Source of the DNA: a virus
Virus record (IMG/VR): IMGVR_UViG_3300044695_007092
Location: 1 to 64,000 of that record
Reading direction: 5' to 3' (one strand)
DNA: 64,000 nt
Below the pieces are notes generated by a model, which had not been told where the DNA came from, searched no databases, and worked only from the letters and a program-made list of their open reading frames with translations. The position numbers were made by a program, and so were the translations under genes. This document shows positions 37,982 to 47,992 of the stretch, in pieces (within the stretch, counting starts at the first letter, position 1; every line of letters begins with the position of its first letter).

Positions 37982-38046
37982 TAGTCTATAAACACTTTTG
38001 CCTAAGTCAATAGATAGCCCTTCTTAAAAATTTGAAAGGACAATTC

Positions 38047-39576
38047 ATGGAAGTCAATTTTACAATAGGTAATTCCCTATTGCAGGTATCTTCTCCTACC
38101 GGAGAGCTTCCCCTTGATCTAAAGAAAAGACTAGAGAGTAGGCTGAGTTATTCTCACGTATCCTTTAATCACACCGGAGCTTTCAGACGACAACCTGCCT
38201 TCTCTTCAGAAGTAAGGACAGTATTTAAATATGATCAAAAGAACAACCTTGTATGCCCTAGAGGTTTTACAAAGAGATTAAAAGCGGAGTTAAGCTCTTC
38301 TGGCATAACTGTAAACGTTATCGACCTAGATGGTGAGTATCATAGCAGCCCTGCATTTTGTATAGACTTTGAAAGGCTTAATCAAACTATAAGCCTTAGG
38401 GAAAAGCAGGACGATTGTCTTGCGTCTATTATGTCTAGCAGAGACGGCTTAATAGTAGCCCCTACAGGGTTCGGCAAGTCATTCATGTTCTCTGCAATAT
38501 GCATGGCCTATCCTGACGCTAAGATCCATATAGTTACACGTCGTGTAGACGTTATGAAAAGGCTGTATGGTTCCTTATCAAAGCTTATACCAACTGTAGG
38601 AATGGTAGGAAGCGGAAGTAACAGATGGGGCAGGGTAACTGTAATTACTGCAGACAGCATGCATAGGATAAGCCACTCAGGGGAGCAGTGCGCTGACATA
38701 CTTCTATATGACGAAGCGCATGAAGCAGTAGCCTCCTCTTACCAGTCTGAGCTAGGTAAGTACTTAAAGACAAGGAAGTTTGGATTCACGGCTTCTCCGG
38801 ACGGAAGAATGGACGGAGCTCATTTCCTTTTAGAAGCTATATTCGGTCCAAGAATATTCGAGATGTCTTACGACGAGGCTGTAGCATCTAATCTTGTGGT
38901 TCCTATAAAGGTTGAATGGATTAACGTTGATTGCGTAAATCCATGTGGCGACCTTAATGGCGTTCCAAAGGAGCGCTGGGGTATATGGCGCAATGAAGTT
39001 AGAAACCTCGCTATATCTGAAAAGGCAAAGGAATACAGCGCAGATGATCAGGTACTTATAATGGTCAAATCTGTAGAGCACGCTGTTTATCTTAAGCAGG
39101 TGTTACCTGACTTTAAGCTTTGCTATGACACTATGGATACTGATGACTATCAAAGGTATGTAAAAAAAGGACTTATAGACCCAGCCGATGAACCTCTTAT
39201 GGTGCCAGCCCGCAGAGAGAATATGCGTGTTAAGTTTGAAAGGGGAGAACTTAAAAAGGTAATTAGTACAGACGTGTGGAGCACTGGTGTGGACTTTGCA
39301 CAGCTAGCAGTTCTTATAAGAGCAGATGCTCGCGCCAGTAAGATAGTCGACATACAGGCGCCAGGTAGAGTAGCCAGAAAGCACGACCCGTCCGGAAAGA
39401 GCAGCGGTCTGGTAATTGACTGCATGGATAACTTTGATTTCTCCTTTATGAATAGAAGCAGAAGTAGACGGCTTTCATACAAGAAGATGGGATGGGAAGA
39501 AATTCAAAATAAGCTTAAGCCTCCTATGGAATCTATTGAAGGCATAGACGTTATGGAGGAGGCCTTCGATGAGTGA
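38047..39576 (+). CDS. Superfamily 2 helicase (UvsW/DEAH-like)
   Basis: APTGFGKS, YDEAH, FTASP, STGVD and QAPGRVAR motifs. Confidence 0.9.
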   Translation: MEVNFTIGNSLLQVSSPTGELPLDLKKRLESRLSYSHVSFNHTGAFRRQPAFSSEVRTVFKYDQKNNLVCPRGFTKRLKAELSSSGITVNVIDLDGEYHSSPAFCIDFERLNQTISLREKQDDCLASIMSSRDGLIVAPTGFGKSFMFSAICMAYPDAKIHIVTRRVDVMKRLYGSLSKLIPTVGMVGSGSNRWGRVTVITADSMHRISHSGEQCADILLYDEAHEAVASSYQSELGKYLKTRKFGFTASPDGRMDGAHFLLEAIFGPRIFEMSYDEAVASNLVVPIKVEWINVDCVNPCGDLNGVPKERWGIWRNEVRNLAISEKAKEYSADDQVLIMVKSVEHAVYLKQVLPDFKLCYDTMDTDDYQRYVKKGLIDPADEPLMVPARRENMRVKFERGELKKVISTDVWSTGVDFAQLAVLIRADARASKIVDIQAPGRVARKHDPSGKSSGLVIDCMDNFDFSFMNRSRSRRLSYKKMGWEEIQNKLKPPMESIEGIDVMEEAFDE

Positions 39577-40270
39577 AAGCCTTGAAACACTGGCCCTAGA
39601 AGCCCGCAGGCTGTATTGCGCTTTTATGTCAAAGCACATAAAGAACACAAGCGGTATCGTAAGCGAATACGGCCGAGGAATAATGCCGCACTATGACGGT
39701 ACGTCGACTGAAAAGCCGAAGCATGGTAAGGCCATAGTGCATAAAAGTGGAAAAGATTATAAGCCTGTATGGCCTAAGATAGCTAAGTCCGCAGTCTCTG
39801 GTACTCTTACTGTAATAGAGCTTATAAGAGCACAGTTTGATTCATCTGTAGGCGGAGCTCCGTCTGCAAATTCGTGTCACGGTAACAGGGCTGTAGGGTT
39901 AGCTCTATCTAGAAGGGAATCCGCAATACAGGAAAGCGCAAACCTATTGAATTCTTTTAAGAAGACTATAGATATTGATCTTACCAACATGCATAAGTTA
40001 CTAACATCAAAACAGGCTGTAGCAGATGTTGTTCTTCTTAGTAAAGTTCCGTCTATATGCAAAGTTAACATACTTATGCTTATGCAACTTGAAGATAGCA
40101 TACCTGATGAAGTTATCTTCGATGCGGTAGAGGATTATATGCTAAGACCAGACATATATGATGCAGCTTGGGGAGGAGCACTCCATAGTTCTTTTATAGA
40201 AAAGGCAATAAGACAAATAAAAGCCAAAAGAATTGCGCTAGGTATAAAGACAGATAAAGTAATTTTATAA
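39569..40270 (+). CDS. Hypothetical protein in the replication module
   Basis: 233 aa, between the SF2 and DnaB helicase genes. Confidence 0.65.
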   Translation: MSESLETLALEARRLYCAFMSKHIKNTSGIVSEYGRGIMPHYDGTSTEKPKHGKAIVHKSGKDYKPVWPKIAKSAVSGTLTVIELIRAQFDSSVGGAPSANSCHGNRAVGLALSRRESAIQESANLLNSFKKTIDIDLTNMHKLLTSKQAVADVVLLSKVPSICKVNILMLMQLEDSIPDEVIFDAVEDYMLRPDIYDAAWGGALHSSFIEKAIRQIKAKRIALGIKTDKVIL

Positions 40271-40282
40271 CAAGGAGGTATT

Positions 40283-41944
40283 ATGGCCAGGTTAGACAAC
40301 AATAGCTGGTCTAGAGAATCGTCATATAGGCTTGATATAGACTCTATCGATTTTATGGTCAGGCACTACGCAAACGACGAAGACCTTGTATCTGAGTGCT
40401 CCTCCCTCTTTAAAGATAACTACTTCTCAGAAGACGAAAAGCACTACATGCTTATAATTAAGTTTATAAGGCTGTACAAGTTAGACTTCGGCGATAGACC
40501 AAATCCAGAAGCCTTAAGAATAATGGTAAATGATAACGATTTAGTTCGTAACGGCTACACAATGGCCAATCAAGTTCCACTTAAGGATGCTTGCTACGAT
40601 ATTATAAAATCAATAGGTGCATTTACACCAGAAGACATAGTAAAGAACAGAGTTATCTGTAGGGAAATAATAAAAAGGTTTCTAGTAGAGAGAGGGTTCC
40701 ATGATGCGATATATAACAATATATCAACCATCAACTCAGCTCAGAGCGTAATAAAGGAACCCTCAAAATTCGTAGAAAGCATAACAAACGTTCTTAACGA
40801 GATACAGTCAGTAGAGTCCTCCGCTGTTTTCAGCGTAGTACCTGACGTGTGGAAGCCTAACATTGTGGTAGGTGATTCTATAGGAATACCTTATCTAGAC
40901 ATGTTCATGACGGGCGGGGTTAGAGCTGGCGATGTCTACGGCGTTCTTGGAGGGTTCGGTAGCGGTAAGACGTGGATAGGTATAAACGTTATTACCCACT
41001 TCTGCAAAAACGAGAACCATAGAAAGATAAAATGTAAAATGTCTGGGGCTCCGTATAAGCCAAAGATAGGTGTGCTTGCACACTACGAAGATAGCTTAGA
41101 CAGTATACGATTCCGATTACTTGCTAGCATGGCCGATATGCCCATGAAACATGTAATGGAATATATCATCAATGGCACACCTTTATCTACTAGATCAACC
41201 TATAGAGAGTATGAACTAAAAAGATATGCCAGTATATCTAACGATTCTATTAAAAGACCCGAAGTAGAAAGGTTTGAAGAAGCAAAGGTAATTTTAGCCG
41301 ATCACTGCAGGATCATATCCTTAAATGGAGAAAATCAGCAGCACAAAGGTAAAGGTTACATAGATGAGCTTACAGCCCAGCTAAACAGCTGCGTTAAGTC
41401 TTCTAGTTCGGATCTTGGTGTATGTGTTCTTGACTACGCTAAGCTTATGGCTGAGAGGCACGTAACTGGAGGAAAGGACGGCTTTCAGAACTTAAGGCAT
41501 TATATAAAGGCTATACCTGAAAGGGTATCTCTTGAGATATGCAATAAGTTTAAGTGTTACGCCGTGGTACTTCAGCAACTTAGTGGAGCCTCAACTAAGA
41601 CCAGGCCCGGCATGGCTATCCATCACTCTGAAGCTTCAGAGTGTAAGGACTTTGCTGAAAACTGCCATAGAGTGTTCTGCTTAGGTAATAAGCACCCACA
41701 AAGTGGTGTTCAGAGGTTTGACGCTTCGAAACTTAGAAATGACGAGTTTAAATCAAAGAACTATGCAGTAATAAGGTTCAATGGTGATACTTGTAATTAT
41801 GAAGTAGATGACGATTGGGTAATAGATGATCACTCTGGCTTTGCTCCTGCTGGAATAGCAGGCGCATCGATGAGTGTAGCCCCTACCAGAAAAGCATCAA
41901 CAGCAAGCCTGTCATCTCTATCAGATATGGATGATGACTTATGA
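40283..41944 (+). CDS. Replicative DnaB-like (SF4) helicase
   Basis: GGVRAGD..VLGGFGSGKT, HYE, VLDY and VLQQL motifs. Adjacent to the primase. Confidence 0.82.
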   Translation: MARLDNNSWSRESSYRLDIDSIDFMVRHYANDEDLVSECSSLFKDNYFSEDEKHYMLIIKFIRLYKLDFGDRPNPEALRIMVNDNDLVRNGYTMANQVPLKDACYDIIKSIGAFTPEDIVKNRVICREIIKRFLVERGFHDAIYNNISTINSAQSVIKEPSKFVESITNVLNEIQSVESSAVFSVVPDVWKPNIVVGDSIGIPYLDMFMTGGVRAGDVYGVLGGFGSGKTWIGINVITHFCKNENHRKIKCKMSGAPYKPKIGVLAHYEDSLDSIRFRLLASMADMPMKHVMEYIINGTPLSTRSTYREYELKRYASISNDSIKRPEVERFEEAKVILADHCRIISLNGENQQHKGKGYIDELTAQLNSCVKSSSSDLGVCVLDYAKLMAERHVTGGKDGFQNLRHYIKAIPERVSLEICNKFKCYAVVLQQLSGASTKTRPGMAIHHSEASECKDFAENCHRVFCLGNKHPQSGVQRFDASKLRNDEFKSKNYAVIRFNGDTCNYEVDDDWVIDDHSGFAPAGIAGASMSVAPTRKASTASLSSLSDMDDDL

Positions 41945-41959
41945 TATGAAAGGATTGTT

Positions 41960-43015
41960 ATGAACATGACTAGCGAGGAAGTCCTATGCCCTGAGCTTTA
42001 CTATAAGTTAAAGAAGGTATTCAGTAAAGTTTTGGTTTCAAATAGAGGCGTAGGCATGGTCCTAAGGCCAGACGGCGATGGAAGATCTGCACCGCTTGTA
42101 AGCGGGGAGCACTATAGAATATGCTGCCCCTGGTGTAATGATGACAGGTTTAGGTTGTATATAAATCATAGATGGTTTGAGAATAGGTTTATGGCAAACT
42201 GTTTCAACGAGACAGCTTGTACAAAAGGAGAGCACGGTAAGGGAAGGCTTGATCAACTCCACGTATGGCTTTTTGGTACAACAGAAAAGATATTATTACC
42301 TGTAAGGCATGTAAAGGTATCTGACTCTGAAGCTGCCGCTATGATGGAGTTTAGACCTCCGCAAGGATGTGTAGCTTTATCAAATCTGCCAGAAGAGCAC
42401 GAAGCTTTGACTTACCTTAGAGGTAGAGGTTACGACCCTAGCCAGCTTGAGAAGTTTCTCGGACTAGGCTGGATAACTGACCAAGGGCTTCCAGCCCTGA
42501 AGAATAGGATATACATACCTATATACCAGTCAGGTAAGCTTATGGGCTTCCAAGCTAGAATAGTAAAAGAAGATCCTGAGAGAGCACATCAGAAGTATAT
42601 AAATCCAATGGGTATGCGTAAATCTACGTTGTTGTACAACTTAGACAATGCAATAAACCAGGAAGTACTGGTAGTGTGTGAAGGCCCCGCTGATGTATGG
42701 TCAGTAGGGCCTTCTGGTGTTGCCATATTTGGAAGCGACTGTAGCTATAACCAGCTTACTACTATAGGTAAGCATTTTAATGGAAAGACTATAGCCGTAG
42801 CCCTTGATGCAGATGCACACGAAAAGGCTGATCAACTTGTTGTAAAGATACAGCAAGTAGTCCCAAGGTCCTTTGTAACAAAGATAGAAATGGCAGGAAA
42901 CGAAGATCCTGGAAGCCTTAAATTAGAATTGTGGAGACGTCTCTACAATAAGCTGACCAGCAGTGGATTAGAAATACCAAAAGCAACAATGGAGTGGCCT
43001 TTACACCATGCATGA
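41960..43015 (+). CDS. DNA primase (TOPRIM)
   Basis: CPWCND..NCFN..C zinc finger, RIYIPI..GFQAR, KYINP, VCEGPAD and ALDADA. Confidence 0.9.
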   Translation: MNMTSEEVLCPELYYKLKKVFSKVLVSNRGVGMVLRPDGDGRSAPLVSGEHYRICCPWCNDDRFRLYINHRWFENRFMANCFNETACTKGEHGKGRLDQLHVWLFGTTEKILLPVRHVKVSDSEAAAMMEFRPPQGCVALSNLPEEHEALTYLRGRGYDPSQLEKFLGLGWITDQGLPALKNRIYIPIYQSGKLMGFQARIVKEDPERAHQKYINPMGMRKSTLLYNLDNAINQEVLVVCEGPADVWSVGPSGVAIFGSDCSYNQLTTIGKHFNGKTIAVALDADAHEKADQLVVKIQQVVPRSFVTKIEMAGNEDPGSLKLELWRRLYNKLTSSGLEIPKATMEWPLHHA

Positions 43016-46000
43016 AAAACTAGATTTAACTAGCCACTGCACGTTTACGAATTTTGTGCAGCTTATAGAAAAATCTGGGCCTCTTTTACCGTGGCCCTTT
43101 ATTTTTCCAAGTCAAGTAACGACTATATTTAATAAACCAGGACCTGACTTCTTTCAGCTGGCCAAGGTTATGGCTAACTCTGAAGAGAAGCTAATAATAG
43201 ATGCTTATCTAGATTTCCTACACTTCAGGGCTCTTTACGACAGCAACTTTATGTTGCCTGTAATGTTTAACGGAAACATACTTGAAGCTAGGACTGTCCC
43301 TGGAAGCGGGTGGATGGCTGATTGCAGGGTAGGCCCGTTCCGAAAGTATAAGTACATGGTAGTAGGTAAAGCTCCTACTGATGAGGACATATTCAAAGGT
43401 AAGATTACTTTTGGATCTAACGCTTCTCTTCTCTGGGATATGCTATCTGTACACGGGTTTAACAAGTCAGACTTCTATCTAACCTGTGTGGTTAAACATA
43501 AGACACTAGACCCTTCGTCTAATGGATTAAAGTCTGCGTGGGTAAACAACTGCGCGGCTATATTAAAGCTTGAGATGATGCTAGCAAAGCCAGACTTTAT
43601 ATTGCTAACAGGCGACGAAGCCCTTAAAGCTGTTGCTGGAAGAGACAAGAAGCTTTCAGACGCAGTAGGAAAGGTATTTGATGTTCCTATCGCCTGTTTA
43701 GACGGTTCGGTTCATATAGCTAAAGCCGTAGCTGCTGTAAATCCTGCTTATGTTATGAGGTATCCAGAGCACTTAGACAGACTTAGGTCTTCTGTTTCTC
43801 ATTTTGCAGCTCTGTGCAAAGGAGAAGAGTTTCTTTCAAATGAAACAGATATACAGCATTTCGATATAAGATCTGGCAGTGAGCTTGAAATAATAAAAAA
43901 TGAAATACTAAAGGAAAGTAATCCAGTTATAGCCATAGATCTAGAATGGCATGGAGACTGGCCTACGGAAAAAGACGCATACGTAAGAACTTTACAGCTT
44001 TCATGGAAGCCAAAGTTTGCCTGCAGCATAGTTATAAATAAAGCTGGAGGAGGACTGGTATTTGATAGCCCATCCCCTAATGGAATGGAAACTCTTAGAA
44101 GGATTCTAAACTCCATATTCTTTCCAGAAGATGGCAGGAAGGTTAGAGTGGTAGGTCATTACCTTACTGCAGATCTTCCCTGGCTTAAGTCTTTAGGTGT
44201 AGACCTGTCTAACCTGTTCACGGCGCCAGACGACGATGACTTTAAAAATGTTAAGACTAATGCAGATATGGCTGCATATAGATTTGGTTTTGAGAAAACA
44301 GAATATGAAGGCGGATTTGATACTTTACTGGCTGCCCACGCTGTAAATGAGACGGACATATTCAATCTAGAGGAGCAGGCAGTAAGATACTGCGGCGTTC
44401 CTAGGTGGGAAGGTCCTTTAGTTGAATGGCGTAAGAGGTACTGCAAAGAGAAGGGAATAAAAGACTCAGCTCTAGGCGGTTATGGGGATTGCCCAGATGA
44501 AGTATTAATTCCTTATGGTTGCTACGATGCCGACGTAACCAGAAGGTTATTTGACTATTATAACGGCACTCCTTCAGAGGAGGGCAAGCTCAATAAAGAT
44601 AAGTACGGCAATAACTGTAGAGTTCCTTTTTGGACATCTATGAGAGCTTATCCTGCTTTTATAGAGATGAGGCAAAAAGGCATACTAATTGACCAGGCTA
44701 GAGTCAGAGAGCTTACTGAGTTGTACGAGGCTTTATATGAGAGCCTGCTTACTAAACTCAGAGTAATGATTAAATGGCCTGAGTTTAATGCTTCAAGTAC
44801 GTTTCATAAGAGAGAGCTGCTATTCGGAGAGAAGCTCTCAGGAAAAAGAGATGCGGACGGTAATCCTGTTAGGCAGAGGCCTAATGAAGCTGTATGCCTT
44901 AACATACAGCCTTACAAAAGTACCGGAACCGGATCTAAAGGAAAACTATGGGCTGAGTTAGCTGCCAGAGGTACAGAGCATCTCTATACAGCGGCTACTG
45001 ACAAGGAGTCTCTAACCATATTGTCTGAAGGAAATCCTGTCGTAACAGCGCTTAGAGACGTAAGAGCTCTACACTATTTGAAGACTACTGTCCTAAGGTC
45101 CCCAGAATGTGATAAGGATGGAATAGAGCTCGTAGATGATGACGGAGAGCAAGTGTACGAGAAAGGCTTACTATCGTATATCAACTCAGACAATAGAGTT
45201 CGTTCTATGTTTAGTCAGGCTAAGGAAACCGGAAGGGCTTCTTCATCAAGACCAAACATGCAGAATCTAGGTAAGACTATAGAGGATAGGTATAAAGCTA
45301 TCTTTTCAGCTCATGGAGCAGATCTGTCTCTTGAGTACTCTTACCCTCTCAGATCTGCCATTAGCGCTAGACCTGGGACTGTACTGGTAGAGGCTGACTA
45401 CACTGGCGCTGAGCTAGCTATTATGGCTTGGCAGTCTGGCGACAAGAATATGATTGATCATGTACGAAGGGCCAATCTTCCTGAAAATGACCCTGAGTAC
45501 TACGACATTCATAGCAATGTTGCCGTTAGCACTTTTAAACTATCATGCCCTCCTACAAAGAAAGGACTAAAGGATGCAGGAAAGGGCGGGCTACGAACAG
45601 CGGCAAAGGCTGTAGTGTTCGGATATGCTTACGGCCAAGGAGCAGAGTCTACTGCTCGAAAAGCCAAGCAAGAAGGTGTAGAGATTACAGTAGGAGAGGC
45701 ACAAGATCTTATCAACGGTCTTGTAGCCATGTATCCTGCCCTGCCTATATATTTCCAAGAGTGTAAGCTAAGGGTAAAAACTCCAGGATGGGTGTGTAAT
45801 GCTTTCGGCAGATTCAGAAGATTTGCCCCTAGTAACGACAGAGCTGTAATAGCTGAATATGAACGACAGAGCATGAATTTCCCTATTCAGTCATGCGTAG
45901 CTGACGCTGTATCGAGATCATTAGATCATATATACAACTATAGAAAAAATGCACCAAAAGGAATGACTTACGATATCATCCTACAGGTTCATGACGCGGT

Positions 46001-46235
46001 TATTTTAGAGGTTCCTTACGAATGCGTACCTTGGGTAGTAGATGAAGTGCTGCCTACGTGCATGAGTAAGAACGTTAGTATATATTCTTGTAAATTAGAC
46101 GGAACTAAGAGGCCAGGAGACAGCGGTCCTTATAATCTAGGTATAGCGACTGAAGTATTTACCAAGTGGTCGATACCGCTTACAAAGAAGGACTGTGAAA
46201 TTATGGGTATACCCGAGAGGTTTGCTCAACATTAG
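43008..46235 (+). CDS. Family A DNA polymerase with N-terminal UDG-like domain and 3'-5' exonuclease
   Basis: UDG4-like VVGKAP/LTCVVK/LLTGDEA/NPAY. Exonuclease DLE, FDT, YGCYDAD. Polymerase TGRASSSRPNMQN, ADYTGAEL, RTAAKAVVFGYAYG, QVHDA. Confidence 0.93.
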   Translation: MHEKLDLTSHCTFTNFVQLIEKSGPLLPWPFIFPSQVTTIFNKPGPDFFQLAKVMANSEEKLIIDAYLDFLHFRALYDSNFMLPVMFNGNILEARTVPGSGWMADCRVGPFRKYKYMVVGKAPTDEDIFKGKITFGSNASLLWDMLSVHGFNKSDFYLTCVVKHKTLDPSSNGLKSAWVNNCAAILKLEMMLAKPDFILLTGDEALKAVAGRDKKLSDAVGKVFDVPIACLDGSVHIAKAVAAVNPAYVMRYPEHLDRLRSSVSHFAALCKGEEFLSNETDIQHFDIRSGSELEIIKNEILKESNPVIAIDLEWHGDWPTEKDAYVRTLQLSWKPKFACSIVINKAGGGLVFDSPSPNGMETLRRILNSIFFPEDGRKVRVVGHYLTADLPWLKSLGVDLSNLFTAPDDDDFKNVKTNADMAAYRFGFEKTEYEGGFDTLLAAHAVNETDIFNLEEQAVRYCGVPRWEGPLVEWRKRYCKEKGIKDSALGGYGDCPDEVLIPYGCYDADVTRRLFDYYNGTPSEEGKLNKDKYGNNCRVPFWTSMRAYPAFIEMRQKGILIDQARVRELTELYEALYESLLTKLRVMIKWPEFNASSTFHKRELLFGEKLSGKRDADGNPVRQRPNEAVCLNIQPYKSTGTGSKGKLWAELAARGTEHLYTAATDKESLTILSEGNPVVTALRDVRALHYLKTTVLRSPECDKDGIELVDDDGEQVYEKGLLSYINSDNRVRSMFSQAKETGRASSSRPNMQNLGKTIEDRYKAIFSAHGADLSLEYSYPLRSAISARPGTVLVEADYTGAELAIMAWQSGDKNMIDHVRRANLPENDPEYYDIHSNVAVSTFKLSCPPTKKGLKDAGKGGLRTAAKAVVFGYAYGQGAESTARKAKQEGVEITVGEAQDLINGLVAMYPALPIYFQECKLRVKTPGWVCNAFGRFRRFAPSNDRAVIAEYERQSMNFPIQSCVADAVSRSLDHIYNYRKNAPKGMTYDIILQVHDAVILEVPYECVPWVVDEVLPTCMSKNVSIYSCKLDGTKRPGDSGPYNLGIATEVFTKWSIPLTKKDCEIMGIPERFAQH

Positions 46236-46245
46236 GAGGTTAGTC

Positions 46246-46743
46246 ATGGAGTATCGTAAAATAGCAACTGGAATGATTGAGGCTACATATGAGGCTTTTA
46301 AGGAGTGGAAAAACCCTACTCGTAAAGCTACAATTTTTGATAACGATAGTGACCTAGAGTATGAGCTTAATAAGCACGGCGATATACCTGTATGGTCTAA
46401 GATGGACACCGATAGCAAGTGTGCGGCAATAGAGTACGTTTATAAAAATAGAGATACCCTAGAGCTGCACTCTGGTTGCGTGTCCAGTATGGTTCAGGCC
46501 ACTGCTTACTTTATGATATACGATTTTGTTACAAACATAATTTTCTCAAAAGACGACTCAGGCATTCCAGAGATAGAGATGTTCTTTGATGATTTAGATT
46601 TTATGAGCCACGATGAATATAATACCGAGGAAGTTCTTGTCTTTCCAGCAGACGGGTCAAAAGCAGGACCGGAGGCTAACAACTTTGACTCTAGTATGTC
46701 TAAGTTGTGTGATAAGGCTGTGGCTGAAGACCACCCAAGCTAG
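46246..46743 (+). CDS. Acidic hypothetical protein
   Basis: Start ATG 46246 after AGGAGG. Confidence 0.6.
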   Translation: MEYRKIATGMIEATYEAFKEWKNPTRKATIFDNDSDLEYELNKHGDIPVWSKMDTDSKCAAIEYVYKNRDTLELHSGCVSSMVQATAYFMIYDFVTNIIFSKDDSGIPEIEMFFDDLDFMSHDEYNTEEVLVFPADGSKAGPEANNFDSSMSKLCDKAVAEDHPS

Positions 46744-46766
46744 TGCCAATATTGGCTGTTTTGCCT

Positions 46767-46796
46767 ATGATCACGAAAGCAATTTCGTGATCATAT
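46767..46796. promoter_or_regulatory. Perfect 13-bp hairpin with GCAA tetraloop
   Basis: tatgatcacgaaa-gcaa-tttcgtgatcata. Confidence 0.6.
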
Positions 46797-46879
46797 CTTT
46801 AATTAATTTAACTAGGAGATGAGTACTCTAAGGTATCTAGTTGCTTAATTCATGATAGTTTAGACTGCTTTAGGAGAAG

Positions 46880-47200
46880 ATGATGGAGACTAGAAAGTGT
46901 AAGTTTTGTAATGAAGATGTTATCTATAATAACATCTCAGGCAGGCATATGAACATAGATGGAAAATCATATCATTCTAAAACTTGCAAAAACTCTATGG
47001 AATACCATAAAGCACGAGCAGCAGAAGTAGCAGAAACTAAAAGAAAATCTAATACTAAAAAGGCTAAACGCAGAAAACCCCAAGATGAGATTGACCGACT
47101 AATATGGGAGGGTGATAGAATAATCGACGGACACGCCGCTGACTGGGGGCTAGTAGAGGACTCAGACGATTATAATGCTGGCTGCAGGGACGACTATTAG
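46880..47200 (+). CDS. Small Zn-binding hypothetical protein
   Basis: CKFC...H...C motif, AGGAG RBS. Confidence 0.6.
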   Translation: MMETRKCKFCNEDVIYNNISGRHMNIDGKSYHSKTCKNSMEYHKARAAEVAETKRKSNTKKAKRRKPQDEIDRLIWEGDRIIDGHAADWGLVEDSDDYNAGCRDDY

Positions 47201-47222
47201 GACTTTTTTGTAAGGATACTAT

Positions 47223-47411
47223 ATGAACTTCTCAAAGCATATAACAGCATTTCTATTAAGGCAGAGAGGGCAGAACGGCCCTCTCTGTGCAGAGATAGAG
47301 GAAAAACTGTCGCCAGAAGGACAGGAGAGACTATTTAAAATATTACAGGATATGGACTTAGAAATAGGTAGAGCAAAACGCAGGCAACCTTGGCTGCCGG
47401 GGCAAGTGTAG
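47223..47411 (+). CDS. Small hypothetical protein
   Basis: 62 aa, AAGGA RBS. Confidence 0.5.
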   Translation: MNFSKHITAFLLRQRGQNGPLCAEIEEKLSPEGQERLFKILQDMDLEIGRAKRRQPWLPGQV

Positions 47412-47452
47412 CTAACATAGCTAGTGATTACCTTATAGATAGGAATTATAAG

Positions 47453-47932
47453 ATGATAGCTTTTTGCGGTCATGGCAGGTCTGGAAAAGATACTGCGGCT
47501 TTGATGTTCTCTAAACTAACTGGCTTAGCGTACTCCGGAAGCATGTCTTGGTCAGGTAAGGGTGTTGTAGCTAAAGCTCTGGGTATACCAGAGCAGATAG
47601 CATGGGACACCCGACATCAGAGAAGGTTAGAGTGGTATAACATACTTAAGGACTGTAGAGATAACGATCCTACTTGGCTGGTTAAGTTATGCCTTAGCCA
47701 AGCTGAAGTAATATCTGGAATAAGAGATCTTATAGAATTAAAGTCTAGTCTAGAAAAGGGTTATGTCAAATACGCTATATGGGTTGATAGACCGGGTATT
47801 GACCCTGATCCGACAGTCACATACAATTCCTCAGACTGCACGCATATCTTGAAAAATTCTGGTGATTTAAATTTTTTAAATAATCAGATTTATCAGTTGG
47901 CGGAAGAGCTCAATTTAATAAAAAGAGCATAG
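47453..47932 (+). CDS. Deoxynucleoside monophosphate kinase-like P-loop protein
   Basis: IAFCGHGRSGKDT, GIRD..E, IWVDRPG and ILKNSG.L motifs. Confidence 0.75.
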   Translation: MIAFCGHGRSGKDTAALMFSKLTGLAYSGSMSWSGKGVVAKALGIPEQIAWDTRHQRRLEWYNILKDCRDNDPTWLVKLCLSQAEVISGIRDLIELKSSLEKGYVKYAIWVDRPGIDPDPTVTYNSSDCTHILKNSGDLNFLNNQIYQLAEELNLIKRA

Positions 47933-47992
47933 TGTTAATTTTTCTTTGTGGCCAGGTCGGTTATCCGACCGAAATTTTACTTGGAGGTTTTT

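Noticed and set aside
17787-46235. Introns, inteins or stop-codon reassignment in core genes
   Set aside because: Terminase, helicases and polymerase read through intact in the standard code, with no intein or homing-endonuclease motifs.
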